NCBI RefSeq assembly: GCF_006345805.1
Contig: NW_021834704.1
Coordinates: 1 to 45,554 of the forward strand
Direction of reading: 5' to 3'
Source of the DNA: Octopus sinensis
Taxonomy: Eukaryota
DNA: 45,554 nt
Within the stretch, counting starts at the first letter, position 1. The number at the start of each line of letters is the position of its first letter. Positions 38,480-45,554 of this stretch are shown here, one piece after another. The position numbers were made by a program, and so were the translations under genes. The notes beneath the pieces were generated by a model. That model had not been told where the DNA came from. It saw only the letters and a list, made by a program, of their open reading frames with translations, and did no database searches.

Positions 38480-38790
38480 GTCTCTTTTTCAACTCTGCTC
38501 CAGACATAATAATCCATGGGATTACAATCAAGGCAATTAGGAGGCTAAACGTGGGTCCATGGAAGCCGTATAAATTCTCCGACAGTCACTTCTGATTCTT
38601 CCTGCAGGTATGGAAAGGAACTGCATTCTGCTGTCATGTATAAGGCCTTCGAACAGCGACCGGGTCCAGCCAGATTTGACCACCGTCTCTAGGAGCATTA
38701 ACAGCCATCTGAATTGAACTTAAGGCTGCGTTCAAAGACGTCAGCTTCAATGGAGACACATCTGAAGACATGCTGGTCACTGCTTCGTAG
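38480..38790 (-). mobile_element. maT/DD37D transposase fragment
   Basis: Decayed VF.CVS.E...F...L..NSDG...LLETVVK.WLD.VA..RPY and PN.LDCNPMDYYVWSRVEKET. Confidence 0.75.
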
Positions 38791-41700
38791 ACTCCGTTGC
38801 AGCTTTACAATGTTTACAGAGTATTGAACAGCAGCCATGATGTTGACATTTTGATACATGGTATTTGTGCATCATAATACAGGTAAATCTTTCCCAGTCT
38901 TCAGTGATCTTCCAATCCTGTATGTCAGCTAACTTTTCCTCAATTACATTTTTCATCTTTATAATGTACATCGATATTGATTGTTCACCAATGCATACTG
39001 TTATCTCTGATAAAAGGTGACATAAACAGTTGTCAAATTTAGTGAGAACATATTGTAACTTTGCTATGCGTAAGAAATGTTATTCTCCTCTCATGTCTAG
39101 AAATTACTAACCAAAATCCTTCTCATCTTCCAGTATTCCAATGTTAATCAACATGATCATTATATGATCTACTCACAAACAACTGACACATCTTTTCAAG
39201 TAAGATAAGCATTTGCCTGCCGACTTTCTTAACTGTTGCTGTTGGTACTTGTTCATAAAACCGCCCTTATCTACAGTTCACCAGAGTGTCGTCTGATTCA
39301 GGAAACGTTTGAAGACATTTCAATGTCGCTCATTCCCCTTAAAGACGTAATTCTCAACAGATGAAATGGAACGGAAAATTATTACAGGTGTCCTAAAATA
39401 CTTTATATTTTCACAAACCCTCATTAAATACATATCAATTGTCATTCACACATTATTACAGGGAAAATAGCTGAAATGGTAATTTATCCATATTCCCAAC
39501 TATGCCAAACTTGGTGATTATTTTCCGAAATTTCAGTAGTATTCCTACCATCATCCATTATCCATTCTGGCGTGGGTTGAATGGCCAGGAACTAGCCAGG
39601 CCAGGTGTTGCACCAAGTTCTATAGTCTCTTTTCTGTTGGTTTCTATGGCTGGAGACCCTTCCTTACACCAACCACTTTACACAATATGCTGCATCCTTT
39701 TTTCGTTTCACCAGCACTAGTGCATTTTTACCAGCACCAGTGCAGCACCCATTCTAATCCTTTTTATGTGGTACCTTAATTTTAGGATCTCAATTCAGTT
39801 AGGGTGGGCACGTCTTTTCGAGTACAGTAATGCGCTCCATATTTCATCTCTGTCATTTGTTTCGTAAGGCTCAGTGTTTTGAGATGGGCCTTCAACATTT
39901 CGTCCAATGCCTTCCTGGGTCTCCTTCTCCCACATCATCCCTATTCTCTTTCTCAAACATTGATGCTGTTAATCTTGAATTTCAACTTCTTGCATCTCAG
40001 TTAACCAGAATGTCAGCTGATTCAGGAAATATTTGAAGACATCTGAAAGTCATTCATATTCCTTAATGAAGCAGATATCTTTCCAGGTGAGCGAGGATTA
40101 GTTCTACACAGGTCGAACAGCTAAATAATAATAACAGTGTGTCTTAAAACACTATACATTTGTATCAAATATCATTAACTACATGCAACTGGTGAGAAAC
40201 ATGTTACTCTAAGGAATATATCTTAAATGGTATGTAAAATGTGATTCTCAAGAATATTTAAGCGAGACGGAGATACAGATCAAACTGGAAGCGACAAATC
40301 TGATATTTGTCCAGACACTTTGGTGTATCTACTGCTTATAATTCTTACATCTGTGACAAGGTATGTATCAATTCCTCGTTTCCTACCAGACAGCAAGCTA
40401 GCACACCATCGTCCTAATCTTTATATAGGATTGTCTTTAACATTTGGTCTCGTTTCTCCAGTTATTTTTGAAATTTACTTGCTTCTGCTTAAATATGACA
40501 AATGACAGACTGCATTACGTATTTACTTTAACCTTCATTATTCACCAAGTAATTAGTTGATCCAGAACTATTTGCATATCTTGGGTCTCTTGTTAGTATT
40601 GTGATGTCATCCATGGAGTCTCTTTAGATGAATCCACTTGAGCCGTTTCTTATGATCAACCTGCTGATCATAAAATCTCCATCATAAGCAGAAAACAAAT
40701 GCTGTACAAACTACAGCAATTCCAATCTCAAGAAGGTGCCAGTCTGTTGTGAAGTTTTCTTTCATGAAGCACATTTTGAAATTGTTATAGCAACACCTCA
40801 TCACATGCTTAATCTTTTCGCATATATAAAAGAAGTCTATTGCTTCCATCAATAATTTTCGTGGTCTAAGTTTTGTGTTTCACTTTCTCAAGGAGCTGCT
40901 TTTGTGGCACTCGAGTCTTGTAAAATTTCTTTATTTGTATTGATAATCCTTTCAACAATGCGCAATGAGAAACCACTATGGCTTCGGTTAACATTTTCAT
41001 ATTTTCTACAGATTTCCTATGTAATAGCTCAATATTATGTCCGCAACAAAATGGACCAACCTTCCTAAATCTCCTCTTTCTATTAAGATGCTCTACATGA
41101 TCTAACAATGTGGTAATTATCACATTTAATTATCACTTGACAACCCTGCTTTTCTCTTCTGTTTTTCCTTTCTACATTTGGGCCAAATCTAAGACACGGC
41201 ATTTTCCTCTCACTTTCATATTTCACCAACCAATGTTATTTTTTCACCCTGAGCCATTTTCAGGAGCCTCTAAATGTTATATTATGCCTTGAGCATTATC
41301 AGTATGCTTACCATGGACAGATCAATCCTGAAAGCGAAAAAACGCACCACACGTTTTCTTGTATTACATCATGGCCCAATGGGGGTCCTTTGAATATTGA
41401 TTTAAAAAAAAAATTCCGCCCATGAAAATGTTCCTATTTGAAAGGCCAATAACGTGAATATGGAGGAAGATAATAGAGGAATTCTGATAGCAGATTCTGG
41501 CCGATCTGATTGCAGATTACACGCTGTAGCCAATTTCAGACAAATATGAATAGTTTTAAAAGCGTTCAGCACCAAAATCGTATAAATTGACATTCTTGCT
41601 CCACAAGGGGTGTGGCCCTCAAAGTTCGGTAGGGCATATCAATGGTTGAACACTAAAATTATACATGTGTTCCTTATGCATATAGAGGTATTACCAAAAC

Positions 41701-42139
41701 CCATCTGAGCCAAATCTGAGTTGGTCAAGTGAAAAGTTTCTTCCTTTTAAATTTTGTTTGAATTCATACGGAATACTCCTAATGTAAAAATATTGGCTGC
41801 GAGAAATGGAAACAATATATTTATTGACAATTGTGTCTACAAGATGGTTCTACTTGAAAGCAAAATATGTTTTTAAGCAAGCTTTACACAATGGAATTAC
41901 ACATTTCATTTTTGGAAGAATTTCACATGATTTTAATTTTGTCTATACAGCAGAGGAAGTGTCTAGGGAGATGATGGGACTTACAACAACAACATCAACA
42001 AATGAAATTTCAAAGTGTATCGTTATTTCCGCAGTTAATCTCTAACAACAAGGGAGACAAACTAGAAAGGGATTTCCGTAGTAGAGAGATCTGCTAGAAT
42101 TAGTAGCCAAAACCTACTCAGTTCACAACTTATCACCTT

Positions 42140-43045
42140 AAAGAAGGACTTTAGTTGCCAGCAGAGGCGGCATCTCTGAACTTTACCCAGCTATTCTTAC
42201 TCTAGTCGCTACACGCTCAGAGCAACCATCCCAACTACAGACTTGGTTACCTAGGTAGCAGAAGCTATTAACTATTAGTTTCTTCCCCTGACATGTGATG
42301 GAATCTGTTTTCTGTACATCTACAGTGTTTATTGCCCCAGAGCACCTGCCACTTACAAAATCTATTTTCATGGTTAACCTTCCTTTGATATAGCTGCACT
42401 TATTATGCGTCCATAGCTTACACCGGGTACATCGTGTGGAGTTTCTACCCTCTCCATTTCTACAGATAGAGCAGGGCCATCTACTTGAAAGGGGTTGTGA
42501 TTTTCAACCTTTCTACTTACCAGGCCTTTGGTTTTGGCTATGTTAAACCTAAGGCCATTCGATTCTAGACCTTGCTTCCACACCCCAAACTTTGTCTCCA
42601 GTTCTGGCATTGACTCAACTATTAGACCAAGGTCATCAGCACAGAGGAGCTCCCAGGGGCAGCCTGTCTTGGAATTTCCCTGTTATTGCCTGGAGGACTA
42701 TAAGGAATAAGAGCGGGCTGAGGACTGATCGTTGGTGAACCCTGATGTGTATTTGTAAAATGGAATGTTTCACAGAGTATAGAGGGTGTATGAAAACTGT
42801 TAAAAAATGAAGTGAGCATACTTCAGAAGAAGTGTAATATTAATGTGCTGAAGTCCCGGAGCAGAGATGAGCTGGAAGCAAAACTAGGGTTTAGAAGATT
42901 CAGAGATAGCGCACAGGAGACGAGATGGTACAGATATGGGAGGAGTATGGGGGATTTAAAAAATGTGGATAAAGAAGTGCCAGAAGATCCAAATTGAAGG
43001 AAATAAGAAGTTGAACCTGACAAAGGATGACAACAGCTGTGGGAG
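42140..43045. mobile_element. Decayed RTE (PHD type) with its 5' part inverted relative to its 3' part
   Basis: 42160-42744 on the minus strand gives the HQG.....P.LF, ADDL, KTK, PHD and FCYLG segments. 42745-43045 on the plus strand gives the continuation toward the C-terminus. Confidence 0.65.
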
Positions 43046-43059
43046 TAGTCAAATTTGAA

Positions 43060-43435
43060 TGCAACAATCAAGTCAGAACTAAAACCAGAGGTGAAACACT
43101 CAGAAAACTGTGCCTCTTTTAGCATTAATATCATCTAAAATCTAACAAGAGTGAGAAAAAGAATGACTATATGGATGGTAAATGTTGTTCAAACAATGTA
43201 ATAAGTGTATATTATATATAGTTACAAACAAGGATTTGTGAGATCAAGTCACACAGGGAACTCATATTTAATTTCTATCTTTATATTTTATGTCAACACC
43301 AATATTTTGTTTAAATGTAAACAGATGTTCACAGTTCAATACTAAATTTAATATTTAATCAACGTTAATGATCATTATACTTATACTCTTAGAGATTTGA
43401 TTTTTTAATCCTTTTAATTTATAACAATGTTATTC
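43060..43435 (+). repeat. ~370-bp direct repeat, copy 1 (copy 2 at ~45005-45368); near-identical by eye
   Basis: 'gaggtgaaacactcagaaaactgtgcc...ataacaatgttattc' occurs at both loci, ~1.94 kb apart. Confidence 0.95.
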
Positions 43436-43705
43436 AGTGGTTTGTTGCAAGTTCCACCTGGCTGGTTCCCTGTGCCGGGGGAAAGTAAAAAGCACCATCC
43501 GAACGGTGTCAATGCCAGCCCCAACCTCAACTGGCTCCTGTGTCGGTGGCACGTAAAGAGCACCCACCACACTCTCGGAGTGGTTGGCATTAGGAATGGC
43601 ATACATATGTGGAAACCTTGCCAGATCACATTGGAGCCTGGCGTAGCCTACTGCCTCTCCAGTGAAATCGTCCGACCCATGCTACTATAAAAACGGACGT
43701 TAAAC

Positions 43706-43749
<44 letters not shown>

Positions 43750-44000
43750 GTTCCATGACCAAATGACAATATTAACTCTATTGTGTCTTCTAATTTGAAC
43801 ATTATTACCAACAGCATTAACCTCAATGGGTATTTCATAAACTCACAGTAAATCGATATCTTTAATACAATTATTATACAGATAATCGTTCAATTGGAAA
43901 ATAGGAATGGAAGCTGTTTTCATTTATTCTTTCGAGCACAATATACTCGGGGAAAGAAAACCTTACAGAAATCAATTGGGAACTATTATTTTATACTCAC

Positions 44001-44078
44001 CATTTGCCTGAGATGCAGCCCCTAATTCCTGACATATAGCCTCTGTTTGTACACACCTGTCCTCAAACTTTGGAGCCT
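44001..44078 (-). CDS. 78-nt phase-1/1 exon paralogous to the death-domain N-half exon; module B
   Basis: Acceptor 'ggaaatatttatttcag', donor 'gtgagt', open frame (E)APKFEDRCVQTEAICQELGAASQAN(G). Codon-alignable with 37768-37839, and the flanking introns are homologous. Confidence 0.6.
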
Positions 44079-44295
44079 CTGAAATAAATATTTCCAAGTT
44101 TTACATTTAAAAAGAAACTTTCTTTATCTTTATTTTTATTAAACTCTATCTTGTTATTGTGAGACATTCAATTCCTGTCGTTACTGGTCAACTGTTGACC
44201 ATTATGGTTTTGGTCAATATTTCTGTACTTTCTAAAGTGGTCCCATGTAATAGCCCAATATGTCCACAATAAAACAGACTAACATCTCTAAATCC

Positions 44296-44296
<1 letters not shown>

Positions 44297-44340
<44 letters not shown>
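44297..44340. repeat. (CT)n microsatellite
   Basis: Direct reading. Confidence 0.95.
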
Positions 44341-45554
44341 AAAAACACATTAAATATTCTAACAATGTACCAATTATCTCATTTAATTAACACTTGATGA
44401 CAGTTTTCTCTTAGCTTTGTCTTTCTTTTCTTATAACTGTGCCAAATCTATGGCATGGCACAGTCCTCTCATCTCTAGAATTCACTAATCAACATTCCTC
44501 TCTAATTAAGTGAAACTGAGCCCATAAAGACATGTCCTTTATGTGTATACCCTCCACTCTGCACACAATCTGTCCCCTAAAAAACATCTCCACAAGCCAA
44601 ATTCCATACACCCTTCCCCAACATGATCCCTAACAAGATATAAAATGTAAGGTGAGGGTACACGATGTTCCTATGGCAAAATAAGTTTACATTTCATACA
44701 TACAAATGTAAGAGAGTTAATGAATTATAGCTTATTAATTATCATGATAATTGGGTATATATGTGATACAATGGCACTGTGCTTGACGGTGCAATGCTAG
44801 ATATCAATATAGATTTTATATAATCTGAGTAAAGAACATATAACCTTCATTACTATGAATATGATTGTGTCTCAGCACAGCTAATATTATGGTAGTTCCA
44901 TGAGCAAACGAAGAAATATATAACCAAGTCCACTGCCAAATACTAATGATTAATTCATTTCCTGGTCAAATAACAATGACTATCTTTCATTAAATAATTT
45001 GAACGCAACAATCAAGACCAAAGGGTGAAACACTCAGAAAACTGTGCCTCTTTTAGCATTAATATCATCTAAAATCTAACAAGAGTGAGAAAAAGAATGA
45101 CTATATGGATGGTAAATGTTGTTCAAACAATGTAATAAGTGTATATTATATATAGTTACAAACAGGGATTTGTGAGATCAAGTCACACAGTGAACTCATA
45201 TTTTATTCCTATCTTTATATTTTATGTCAACACCAATATTTTGTTTAAATGTAAACAGATGTTCACCGTTCAATACTAAATTTAATATTTAATCAACGTT
45301 AATGATCATTATACTTATAATCTTAGAGATTTGATTTTTAATTTCTTTAATTTATAACAATGTTATTCTGACCTGAGACATTCAGGGTACGTACCTAAAC
45401 AACATATCCTGACAGACATCTGGCTACATAACAACAACAACAACAATAAACTATCAGAAAACTTAGGAAAGACCTTAGTAGCAAAAGAAACAAAAACTTT
45501 CTTTTTAACTCACCTGTTTACAAATAAACAACAAAATGTTTTAGTTCTCTGTCA

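Overview
AT-rich, microsatellite-dense eukaryotic DNA, most likely from an octopus or other coleoid cephalopod. That assignment is inferred from the C2H2 finger style (TGEKPYHCDICGKSF), the SINE families and the abundance of (TA)n/(CA)n/(TAA)n tracts. Most of the window is layered transposon debris: a Tx1/L1-clade LINE, two R4/Dong LINE fragments, several RTE LINE fragments (one with a PHD-like finger in ORF2), a Penelope fragment, mariner and maT/DD37D DNA transposons, a ~510-bp foldback MITE, a probable Helitron-like repeat carrier and many tRNA-derived SINEs. Two host-gene remnants lie on the minus strand. One is a degenerate C2H2 zinc-finger exon (~27.4-28.3 kb). The other is the 3' end of a death-domain gene whose domain is split over two exons (37768-37839 and 35207-35412). 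The exon for the N-terminal half of the domain sits in an exon-plus-intron module repeated at least three times (37.4-38.1, 43.1-44.4 and 45.0 kb to the window end) with strongly diverged coding sequence; this is the best candidate for an undescribed system. Three tandem repeats also arose inside mobile elements. All assignments come from manual reading and translation; no database searches were run.
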